This document shows positions 33,711 to 41,807 of a stretch of 64,000 bases of DNA, one piece after another. A program made the translations under genes and the position numbers. Under the pieces are notes generated by a model. It saw nothing but the letters and a program-made list of their open reading frames with translations. It was not told the DNA's origin and made no database searches. The DNA lies in NCBI GenBank assembly GCA_023420415.1, contig JAEZWF010000017.1, positions 39,501-103,500 of the forward strand, read 5' to 3'. The number at the start of each line of letters is the position of its first letter. Position 1 is the stretch's first letter. Source of the DNA: Actinomycetes bacterium (GTDB taxonomy: Bacteria > Actinomycetota > Actinomycetes > Actinomycetales > Dermatophilaceae).

Positions 33711-34793
33711 GTGACCGCTACCTCGGCGGGGGTCGAGGGCACCCCGCCTGAAGCCGACGAGCTCCTGGCGCTGCTGCGCCGGGTGGTCGGCGCACGCGTG
33801 GGCGGGCACCCCGACGCCGAAGACCTCGTGCAGGAGGCCTACCTGCGCGTCCTCGCGGCCTCGGACCGGATCGACCCGGGGATGGTCGAGGCGTATGCCG
33901 TCACCACGGCACGCAACCTCGTCGCCTCCCACTGGCGGCAGGGGGACCGCTTCAAGCGGCACCAGCACCGGTTGGTCGACCTCGACGAGCCCGACGACCC
34001 GGTGCGCCGGATGGAGGGGCTGGAGGACCAGGACGCGATGGCACGGGCCCTCGCCACGTTCACCGACGAGGAACGCGACCTGCTGGTCGCCCACGAGGTG
34101 CACGGCACCCCCACCGCCAAGATCGCCGCCGACCGCGGGTCGACGGCCGGCGCCGTCGCGGCTCGCCTGCACCGGATCCGGGCGCGGCTGCGGGTGGAGT
34201 ACCTGCTCGCCCACGAGAACGTCGAGCTGCCCAGTGACGAGTGCCGCCCCGTGCTCGTGGCGGTGTCCCTGCGCGACCGGCGACGCCAGCGGGAGACCAA
34301 GTCCGAGAACCACCGGCTGCGCTGCGAGGTCTGCCAGGAGCTGGCCCTGCGCCTCGAGCAGCAGGAGCCCGAACGCGACGACTTCGCCCGCATCCGCATC
34401 GCCGTCGACGCCGACATCGTCACTGCCCGACAGAAGGCACGCGAGCTCGCGAGCACCCTCGGCTTCCCCGGTGTCGACCTCACGGTCATCGCGACCGCCG
34501 TCTCGGAGATGACCCGCAACATCGTGCGGTTCGCCGGCGAGGGGCAGGTCGAGATCGAGCTCGTGACCGGCGAGGCGCCGGGACGACGCGGAGTCCAGGT
34601 CGTCGTGCGCGACGCCGGACCCGGCATACCCGACGTGGAGGCAGCCATGCGTGACGGCTACAGCACGTACCACGGCCTCGGCCTCGGACTCCCCGGGGCC
34701 CGCAGGCTCATGGACGACTTCGAACTGGTGACCGCCGACGGGCGGGGCACCACCATCACGATGACCAAGTGGCGACAAGGAGCGAAGAAGTGA
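33711..34793 (+). CDS. Fusion of an ECF sigma factor, an HxxxCxxC zinc-finger-like linker and an RsbT-like anti-sigma Ser/Thr kinase
   Basis: DAEDLVQEAY..., TARNL, region 4 IAA..G.T.GAV..RLHR.R.RLR; HRLRCEVC; DIVTARQ.AR, ATAVSEMTRNIVRFAGEG, D.GPGIPD..AM.DGYST..GLGLGLPGARRLMDDF, GTTITMTKW. Confidence 0.88.
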   Translation: MTATSAGVEGTPPEADELLALLRRVVGARVGGHPDAEDLVQEAYLRVLAASDRIDPGMVEAYAVTTARNLVASHWRQGDRFKRHQHRLVDLDEPDDPVRRMEGLEDQDAMARALATFTDEERDLLVAHEVHGTPTAKIAADRGSTAGAVAARLHRIRARLRVEYLLAHENVELPSDECRPVLVAVSLRDRRRQRETKSENHRLRCEVCQELALRLEQQEPERDDFARIRIAVDADIVTARQKARELASTLGFPGVDLTVIATAVSEMTRNIVRFAGEGQVEIELVTGEAPGRRGVQVVVRDAGPGIPDVEAAMRDGYSTYHGLGLGLPGARRLMDDFELVTADGRGTTITMTKWRQGAKK

Positions 34794-35695
34794 GCGAGAG
34801 CATCAGCACCGACCCGTTCGGCGGGCTCGACACCACCTCCACGGCGGTGACCGACGAGCAGCTCCTGCCCGAGCTCGTCGCGCACCTGCGCGAGCACCGC
34901 GCCAAGCTGCGCGACGAGTGGGCCCGCCGCATCCAGGAGGCACACCTGCTCGAGGCGATGACCGCCCAGGAGATGGCGGTCGAGACGACCTCGGTCTACG
35001 ACAACTACGTCGAGGTCCTCGAGACGGGCAGCGTGGAGGCGTTGCAGCAGTACGCCCGTGACCTGTCCGAGCGGATCATCCCCCGCGGGGTCGAGACGCA
35101 CGAGGTGGTCGGCATCGTCCTGCTGCTGCGCGACGTCCTCGCCCGGTCGCTCTTCGAGAAGTACCAGCGCGACTTCGCCCTGCTCAACCAGATCCTCGAC
35201 GCCTACGAGCCGGCGGCCAACCGGATCGCCAACACCGTGGCGGTCAGCTTCGTCGAGGAACGCGAACGCGTCATCCGCCAGCAGCAGGACGCGCTGCGCG
35301 AGCTCTCGACGCCGGTGCTGCCGGTCCGTGAGCGGCTGCTGATCCTGCCGATCATCGGCGTCCTCGACAGCGAGCGCGCTCGCCAGCTGACCGAGCAGCT
35401 GCTCGCCGGCATCCGCACCCACCGCGCCAAGGTGGTCGTCATCGACATCACCGGCGCCCCCGAGGTCGACGCGGTCGTCGCCAACCACCTCGTGCAGACC
35501 GTCGACGCGTCACGCCTCATGGGTGCGAGCGTCATCATCACTGGACTGTCCCCGACCATCGCCCAGACACTGGTGACGCTCGGGGTCGACCTGAGCAAGA
35601 TGAACACCATCGGTGACCTCCAGGGCGGCCTGGAGGAAGCGGAGCGGCTGCTCGGCTTCACCGTGACCAAGGAGGAGGGCACGTCCCAGCTGTGA
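34790..35695 (+). CDS. rsbR: RsbR-like stressosome protein (helical N-terminal sensor plus STAS domain)
   Basis: RQQQ.ALRELSTPVLPV..LILPIIGVLDSERA, VVVIDITG, ITGLSP.IAQTLV.LGVDL. Confidence 0.9.
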   Translation: MSESISTDPFGGLDTTSTAVTDEQLLPELVAHLREHRAKLRDEWARRIQEAHLLEAMTAQEMAVETTSVYDNYVEVLETGSVEALQQYARDLSERIIPRGVETHEVVGIVLLLRDVLARSLFEKYQRDFALLNQILDAYEPAANRIANTVAVSFVEERERVIRQQQDALRELSTPVLPVRERLLILPIIGVLDSERARQLTEQLLAGIRTHRAKVVVIDITGAPEVDAVVANHLVQTVDASRLMGASVIITGLSPTIAQTLVTLGVDLSKMNTIGDLQGGLEEAERLLGFTVTKEEGTSQL

Positions 35696-36087
35696 GCACC
35701 GGACCGGCGCTGTTTTCGATCCTGCGACAGGGTCAGTACCTCGTCGCGTCGGTCCACACTGCCCTCGACGACTCCCAGATGCTGCGGCTGCAGGGGGACC
35801 TGATCGACGAGATCGGCCGGTCCCGCAGCCGCGGCATCATCATCGACGTGGCGGCGCTCGACGTCCTCGACTCCTTCGGCACCAAGACGTTGGGGGCCAT
35901 CGCCGAGATGGCGCGGTTGCGCGGTGCGACGACCGTGATCGTCGGCATCCAGCCCGATGTCGCGTTCGCGATGGTGCAGCTGGGCATGGGCACCGGCGCC
36001 GTCGCCACGGCGCTCGACCTCGAGGAGGGGCTCGCGTTCCTCGAGGACCGGCTGTCCCAGCCTTCGACGGCGCGGCACACGCCGTGA
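35692..36087 (+). CDS. rsbS: RsbS-like STAS antagonist
   Basis: GIIIDV.ALDVLDSF, ARLRGA.TVIVGIQPDVA..MVQLG, TALDLEEGL. Confidence 0.9.
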   Translation: MSTGPALFSILRQGQYLVASVHTALDDSQMLRLQGDLIDEIGRSRSRGIIIDVAALDVLDSFGTKTLGAIAEMARLRGATTVIVGIQPDVAFAMVQLGMGTGAVATALDLEEGLAFLEDRLSQPSTARHTP

Positions 36088-36419
36088 GCAGCCCGGTCGC
36101 CGGCGGCCACGGCGGCTCGGGGGACGCGGGCGCGCCGGGGCAGGACGCCCTGACCCGCAACTACCGGGCGGCGTTCCTGCGCTACCTGCCACGCCAGGAA
36201 GAGGCGGCGCTCGCGGCGGCATACGACCTCGGACGTTCCGTCCTCGACGGCGGCGTGAGTGTGCTCGACCTGGTGAACGTCCACCACCGGGTCCTGGCCG
36301 AGGTGGTCGGGGCGACCGTCGTCGACGACGTCAGCGACGTGCTGACCCGCGGTGGAGAGTTCCTCGCGGAGGTCCTCGCACCGTCCGACATGGTGCACCG
36401 CTCGCTGCACCGCGACTGA
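36084..36419 (+). CDS. Stand-alone RsbU N-terminal-like domain protein
   Basis: YRAAF.RYL...EE.AL..AY.LGR.....G.S.LDLV.VHH...FL.EVL pattern; no PP2C domain; GTGA-coupled to rsbS. Confidence 0.72.
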   Translation: MSSPVAGGHGGSGDAGAPGQDALTRNYRAAFLRYLPRQEEAALAAAYDLGRSVLDGGVSVLDLVNVHHRVLAEVVGATVVDDVSDVLTRGGEFLAEVLAPSDMVHRSLHRD

Positions 36420-36433
36420 CGCGTCGGACTCCA

Positions 36434-36473
36434 GGGCTGCCAGAGGCGCAGTATGCCGCGCACCTGGCATCCC
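36434..36473. repeat. Palindromic element with the GTATGCCG octamer at the loop (copy 2)
   Basis: GGGCTGCCAGAGGCGC-AGTATGCC-GCGCACCTGGCATCCC; near-identical to 3924-3963. Confidence 0.85.
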
Positions 36474-36657
36474 CGAACGCGCGCGTCTGCGCAGGTCAGC
36501 GGCGTGGACGCGACGCGCCGCAGCACATGACGCGGGAATCGGCAGGAATTTCTCGCGAGATCCGCACGCCCAGCACGCGTCATGCCGGAAGGGGCTGACG
36601 CTCTACTCCCGTGATGGCGGCCAACCGCTGCCACGACCGTTCACGAAGGAGTTACCC

Positions 36658-37203
36658 ATGAACCTCCGGACCACTCTCGTCAGTGGCGCCACCGCCTCGG
36701 TCCTCGCCGCGAGCCTCTTCGCGGCCCCCGCGATGGCCTCCGCCGCTCCCGCAGCCAAGCCGGCTCCGGTGTCCCACGGCGTGAACGCCGCCGCCACCAC
36801 GCTGCCGGTCACCGGCACGCTCGCCGACGGCACCGTCTTCAACGGCGCGATCAGCGGCCTCAAGACCTCCGTGGTCGACGGCGTGCTGACGGCCACCGGC
36901 ACCATCACCGGCACGGGCCTGCCGGCCGACGGCACCACCTTCACCGCGCCGGTGCAGTCGGTCGCCGCCCCGAACGGCTGCAAGATCCTCAACCTCGACC
37001 TGGGGCCGCTGCACCTCGACCTGCTCGGGCTCGTGATCGACCTCGCGCCGGTCAACCTGGACATCACGGCCGTGCCCGGTGCCGGCAACCTGCTCGGCAA
37101 CCTGCTGTGCGCCGTGGCCGGCCTGCTTGACCGTGGCGGCCCCCTGCAGGGCATCTCGGCCCTGCTGAACCGCCTCCTCGGGGCCCTCGGCCTGGGTCTG
37201 TGA
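36658..37203 (+). CDS. Secreted hypothetical protein with a Leu/Gly-rich two-Cys C-terminal domain
   Basis: AAGGAG RBS, signal-peptide-like N-terminus, C.ILNLDLGPLHLDLLGL...GNLLGNLLCAVAGLLD. Confidence 0.85.
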   Translation: MNLRTTLVSGATASVLAASLFAAPAMASAAPAAKPAPVSHGVNAAATTLPVTGTLADGTVFNGAISGLKTSVVDGVLTATGTITGTGLPADGTTFTAPVQSVAAPNGCKILNLDLGPLHLDLLGLVIDLAPVNLDITAVPGAGNLLGNLLCAVAGLLDRGGPLQGISALLNRLLGALGLGL

Positions 37204-37238
37204 TTTAAGCGGGTCACAGCTCCCGGTTGGGAAGAAGA

Positions 37239-37414
37239 GGGTCCCGGCGTCATGCCCCCTCACAGATGACGCCGGGACCCGGCCGGTTCGTCCGGTTGCA
37301 GGACGAAGCGGGTCGGGCACGCCAGGTGCCCGACCCGCTTTCGCCTGTGCCCCAACGCATGACAGACGCAAAGCCGAGGTATGCCGTGCGGTCACCACAC
37401 GGCATACCTCGGCT
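37239..37414. terminator. Three consecutive perfect hairpins between convergent genes
   Basis: 15-bp stem 37239-37280, 15-bp stem 37306-37340, 17-bp stem 37372-37414 (the last built from two inverted octamers). Confidence 0.75.
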
Positions 37415-38597
37415 ATCGACCGGCGAGGGCGAACTGGCTGGCGGTCACGGCCGCGCCGCGCGCCCAGTCCTCGAAGGTGAGGGGTTCGATGCTGACGTCG
37501 AGCTCGTAGGTTGCGGTGTTGCCGGGGCCGGACTGCATGCGGTCGGCGATCGTCTCGCGCATGGCGGGCCGGCTGGCGACCGGTTCGACGCCTTCGCCGG
37601 CGAGCAGGATGCGGTCGGTCTGCAGCGCGCCGGCCAGGGTCGCGACGAGGTGGCCGAGGGCGCGGGCTGCTGCGTCGAGCAGGCTGGTCGCCCGGCGGTC
37701 GCCTTGTGCTGCCGCGGCCACCACGTCGTCGAACGACATGGGACGCCCGAACGACTCGGCGGCCCGCGCCTTGATCTCCCACTGGTCGAGGTAGGAGCTG
37801 ACGCAGCCGCGGTGACCGATCCCGCACCGCGGCCCGCGACCGTCGACGGGTGAGTGGGTGAGCAGCTGGCCGTTGTCCACGAGCCGCTCGACGACCACCC
37901 CCTCGCGCACGACCCCGATGCCGATACCTGCCCCCACCGTGACGATGCCGAAGGTCGAGCGACCCCGCCCTGCGCCGAGCCAGAGCTGTTCGCGGACCAG
38001 CGCCGTGACGTCGTTGGTGGTGATCACCGGCACGTCGAGGCGTTCGCGCAGCAGACGGGTGAGGTCGACGTCGCGCCAGCCGAGGAAGCTGCCTTCCTGC
38101 ACCACCCCGTCGGGCCGCACGATGCCACCCAGCGAGATGCCGACGGCGTCGAGGGTGCGGCCCCTGGGCAGCTTGCGGGCAAGGCGCGCCACGACGGAGA
38201 CGACTTTTGCGACGGGCACCTCTCCGTCCCTGTTTGCCTGGGGCAGAGGCGCTTTCGCGCTCGCCAGCACGTCGCCGGCCAGGTCGCAGACGACGACGTA
38301 TGCCGTGTCGGCAGTGAGCTTGCAGCCCAGGACGGTGCGCGCCGCAGGGTTGATCGAGAGGACCTTGGCAGGTCGTCCCGCACCCGCTCCCGGGCCCGGG
38401 GGACGCTCTTCACCGTCGCCGTTCTCGAGCACGATCCCCAGGTCGAGCAGTGCTCGCGTCAGCCGGGTCATGGAGGCGGGCGAGAAGGCGAGTCGCTCCC
38501 CCAGGGCGGCCCGCGAGGACGGCCCGTGCATCAGAAGCAAACGGGTCACGTCGAGCTCGGCATGACTCAGGGGACGAGCTCGGTCGACGGTGGCCAC
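37413..38597 (-). CDS. ROK family transcriptional regulator
   Basis: N-terminal HTH (SRAALGE..FSPASMTRL), GRPA, VGAGIGIGVV, C.IGHRGCV. Confidence 0.9.
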   Translation of the reverse strand: MATVDRARPLSHAELDVTRLLLMHGPSSRAALGERLAFSPASMTRLTRALLDLGIVLENGDGEERPPGPGAGAGRPAKVLSINPAARTVLGCKLTADTAYVVVCDLAGDVLASAKAPLPQANRDGEVPVAKVVSVVARLARKLPRGRTLDAVGISLGGIVRPDGVVQEGSFLGWRDVDLTRLLRERLDVPVITTNDVTALVREQLWLGAGRGRSTFGIVTVGAGIGIGVVREGVVVERLVDNGQLLTHSPVDGRGPRCGIGHRGCVSSYLDQWEIKARAAESFGRPMSFDDVVAAAAQGDRRATSLLDAAARALGHLVATLAGALQTDRILLAGEGVEPVASRPAMRETIADRMQSGPGNTATYELDVSIEPLTFEDWARGAAVTASQFALAGR

Positions 38598-38686
38598 GGA
38601 CCGAGATTAGGGCACCAACCCTTGCGCGAGGGCCATTTCGTCGTTATTTTCATCCTGAGCGAAATTACTGCAAGGGAGCAGGCGCC

Positions 38687-40027
38687 ATGGACCGAACACC
38701 ACGCCCCACAGGTCGACGACCGGCCCCCGCCGAGCGTCACCGCGGTCAGCATCGCCGGCCCCGCTCTCGGCCCCGTCGACGCACCCGGCTGGTGGCCGGC
38801 CTCGTCGCCACGGCCCTGGCAGCCGTCCTTGCCGGGTGTTCGGGCGGGGACACGCGCACGACGCTGACGTTCTTCCAGTTCAAGCCGGAGGCGCAGGCGT
38901 ACTTCCAGGACCTGGCCCGGCAGTTCGAGCAGCGCAACCCGGACATCCGGATCGTCGTCGACAATCCGGCCGACCCCGAGACGGCCCTGCGGACCCGTCT
39001 GGTCAAGAACGACGTCCCCGACGTCATGACCCTCAACGCCAACGGCACCTTCGGCGAGTTCGCGACCGCCAAGATCTTTCGCGACTTCCGGGGCGCACCG
39101 GCGCTGGAAGGCGTCAACCCGGCATACCTCGACGTGCTCGGCACCCTGGGGCGCGGCGGCGCCGGTGAGGTGAACGGGGTGCCGTTCGCGGCCAACGCAA
39201 GTGGGCTGCTCTACAACAAGGAGCTGTTCGAGCAGCAGGGCATCGCCGTGCCGCGCACCTTCGACGAGCTCGTGGCCGCCGCGCAGAAGCTCAAGGCAGC
39301 CGGGATCACGCCGTTCTACGGCATGCTCAAGGACGCGTGGACCGCACAGTCGCCGCTCGCACCGTTATCGTCGCAGCTGCAGCCGAAGGACTTCTTCGAG
39401 GAGCGGTTCGCCGGGCAGACGACGTTCCGGCAGGGGTGGGCGTCGACGGCGGCGGAGCTCAAGACGCTCTTCGAGTACACGCAGCCGGACCCGCTGTCCA
39501 AGGGCTACGCGGACGGCACGGCGGCGTTCGCGCGCGGCGAGTCGGCGATGCTGCTGCTCGGCAGCTACGCGGTGCCGCAGATCCGCGCCAACAACCCGAA
39601 GTTCACGGTCGCGTCCATGGCCCTGCCTGCGACCGACGACCCGGCCCGCACGACCCTGGTCTCCGGTGTCGACGTCGTGCTCACGGCTGCGCGTGAGGGG
39701 GCGCACCCCGAGGAAGCCGAACGCTTCATCGAGTTCCTCATGCAGCGCGATGTGATGGCGGCCTACTGCAAGGCGCAGGTGGCGATCCCCACGCTGGAGG
39801 GACTGGCCAACACGGACCCGGCGCTGGCCGGGCTGCAGGACTACATCGACCAAGGACGCATCGTGGGCTTCACCGACCACCAGTTCATCCCGGCCATCCC
39901 GCTGGCGCCGCTGCTGCAGTCGTTCCTCCTGGGTGGCAGTGAGGCGACGTTCCTCGGCGACCTCGACGCCGCATGGAACCGGGTGGCTGAACGCCGCACG
40001 TGGGGCCTCGGGGCGGTGATCTCATGA
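38687..40027 (+). CDS. Sugar ABC transporter substrate-binding lipoprotein
   Basis: Lipobox LAGC, FFQFKPE, GLLYNKELF, FARGESAM. Confidence 0.92.
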   Translation: MDRTPRPTGRRPAPAERHRGQHRRPRSRPRRRTRLVAGLVATALAAVLAGCSGGDTRTTLTFFQFKPEAQAYFQDLARQFEQRNPDIRIVVDNPADPETALRTRLVKNDVPDVMTLNANGTFGEFATAKIFRDFRGAPALEGVNPAYLDVLGTLGRGGAGEVNGVPFAANASGLLYNKELFEQQGIAVPRTFDELVAAAQKLKAAGITPFYGMLKDAWTAQSPLAPLSSQLQPKDFFEERFAGQTTFRQGWASTAAELKTLFEYTQPDPLSKGYADGTAAFARGESAMLLLGSYAVPQIRANNPKFTVASMALPATDDPARTTLVSGVDVVLTAAREGAHPEEAERFIEFLMQRDVMAAYCKAQVAIPTLEGLANTDPALAGLQDYIDQGRIVGFTDHQFIPAIPLAPLLQSFLLGGSEATFLGDLDAAWNRVAERRTWGLGAVIS

Positions 40028-40926
40028 GCACCGACAGCCCTCGGGTGCCGCGGCTGCGCAAGCCGAAGCTCTCCCCCACCTACTACTGGATGGTGCTGCC
40101 GGCGCTGGCGCTCTTCCTCGTCTTCCACACCGTGCCGGTGGTGCAGGGCATCTACTACAGCTTCACCGACTCCCCCGGCTACGGTCCGTCGAACTTCGTG
40201 GGACTGCGCAACTACGCCGCGCTGTTCAGTGACCCGCGGGTCATCCACGCGTACTGGTTCACCTTCCTCATCGCGATCGTGGCGACCGTGGTCACCAACG
40301 TGATCGCGCTTGCGATCGCGATCGGACTCAACAGCCGGATCAAGTTCAAGAACGGGCTGCGCGGCATCTACTTCATCCCCAACGTGCTGGCCGTGCTCGT
40401 CGTCGGCTACATCTTCAACTACCTGTTCTCGAACTCACTGCCCGCGCTGGCGGCCAAGCTCGACATCGGGTGGCTGGAGAACAGCCTGCTGGGGCAGGCG
40501 AAGACGGCGTGGATCGCGATCGTGATCCTGGCCGTGTGGCAGTCGGCGGCCTTCAACATCATCCTCTACCTCGCGGGCCTGCAGACGGTCGAGCCCGAGG
40601 TCTACGAAGCATCCGCCCTCGACGGAGCCTCGGCGTGGCGGACCTTCCGCAGCATCACGTTCCCGCTGATCGCAGGCTTCTTCACCATCAACATGGTGTT
40701 GTCCCTCAAGGGGTATCTGCAGATCTTCGACCACATCGTGGCCCTCACCGGCGGCGGACCGGGCACGGATACCGAGTCGATCGCACTGCTCATCTACAAG
40801 GGCGGCTTCCAGGGTGGCGAGTACGGCTACCAGAGCGCCAACTCGGTCATCTTCTTCATCGTCATCGTCACCATGTCCATGGTGCAGCTGAACGTGCTGC
40901 GCCGGCGGGAGGTATCCGAGTCATGA
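40024..40926 (+). CDS. Sugar ABC transporter permease
   Basis: FVGLRNY, LAGLQ....VYEASALDGA EAA loop. Confidence 0.93.
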   Translation: MSTDSPRVPRLRKPKLSPTYYWMVLPALALFLVFHTVPVVQGIYYSFTDSPGYGPSNFVGLRNYAALFSDPRVIHAYWFTFLIAIVATVVTNVIALAIAIGLNSRIKFKNGLRGIYFIPNVLAVLVVGYIFNYLFSNSLPALAAKLDIGWLENSLLGQAKTAWIAIVILAVWQSAAFNIILYLAGLQTVEPEVYEASALDGASAWRTFRSITFPLIAGFFTINMVLSLKGYLQIFDHIVALTGGGPGTDTESIALLIYKGGFQGGEYGYQSANSVIFFIVIVTMSMVQLNVLRRREVSES

Positions 40927-41807
40927 CCACCGCAGCAGCCCCTCCGCGGACGTCGGGCCCCGCGCGCCGGCCGGCGACGGCCCCCAAGCACCGGCCCAAG
41001 GTCAACTGGTGGCTCACCGCCCTGCTGATGGTCCTGTCGCTGACGATCCTCGTGCCGCTCTACTTCGCGGTCGTCACGGCGCTGAAGACCACTGCCGAGC
41101 TGGGAGGCACCGGCTTCGGCCTGCCGAGTTCGTTGCAGTGGTCCAACTTCAAGGACGCGTGGGAGCTCACCAACTTCCCCCGCGCCGCCCTCAACAGCGC
41201 GCTGATCACGGTCGGAGCGGTCGTGGTCACGCTGCTGACGAACTCGATGGTGGCCTACGCGATCGCCCGCAACATGGACCGCAAGTTCTTCAAGGGGCTC
41301 TACTTCTACTTCGTGTCAGCGCTCTTCGTGCCGTTCCCCATCATCATGCTTCCGGTCGCGAAGCAGACGGCGCTGCTGCACCTGGACAACCGGGCCGGGC
41401 TCATCCTGCTCTACGTCGTCTACGGCCTGGCCTTCAACATCTTCATCTACACGGCCTACATCAACAGCATCCCGCGGTCGCTGGAGGAAGCGGCCCAGAT
41501 CGACGGCGCCTCGACGTGGACGGTGTTCTGGAAGGTGATCTTCCCGCTGCTCGGCCCGATGAACGCCACCGTCGGCATCCTCACCTGCCTGTGGGCGTGG
41601 AACGACTTCCTGTTGCCGCTGGTCATCCTCTCGGACCCGAACTCCGCGACGCTTCCCCTCGTGCAGTACGTCTTCCAGAGCCAGTTCTCGCAGAACTACC
41701 CGGCCGCGTTCGCGAGCTACCTCATGGCCATGGCGCCCATGTTCATCGTCTACATCTTCGCCCAGCGATGGGTGATCTCCGGAGTCGTCCGAGGAGCCGT
41801 CAAGTGA
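40923..41807 (+). CDS. Sugar ABC transporter permease
   Basis: IPRSLEEAAQIDGA, WNDFLLPL. Confidence 0.93.
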   Translation: MTTAAAPPRTSGPARRPATAPKHRPKVNWWLTALLMVLSLTILVPLYFAVVTALKTTAELGGTGFGLPSSLQWSNFKDAWELTNFPRAALNSALITVGAVVVTLLTNSMVAYAIARNMDRKFFKGLYFYFVSALFVPFPIIMLPVAKQTALLHLDNRAGLILLYVVYGLAFNIFIYTAYINSIPRSLEEAAQIDGASTWTVFWKVIFPLLGPMNATVGILTCLWAWNDFLLPLVILSDPNSATLPLVQYVFQSQFSQNYPAAFASYLMAMAPMFIVYIFAQRWVISGVVRGAVK

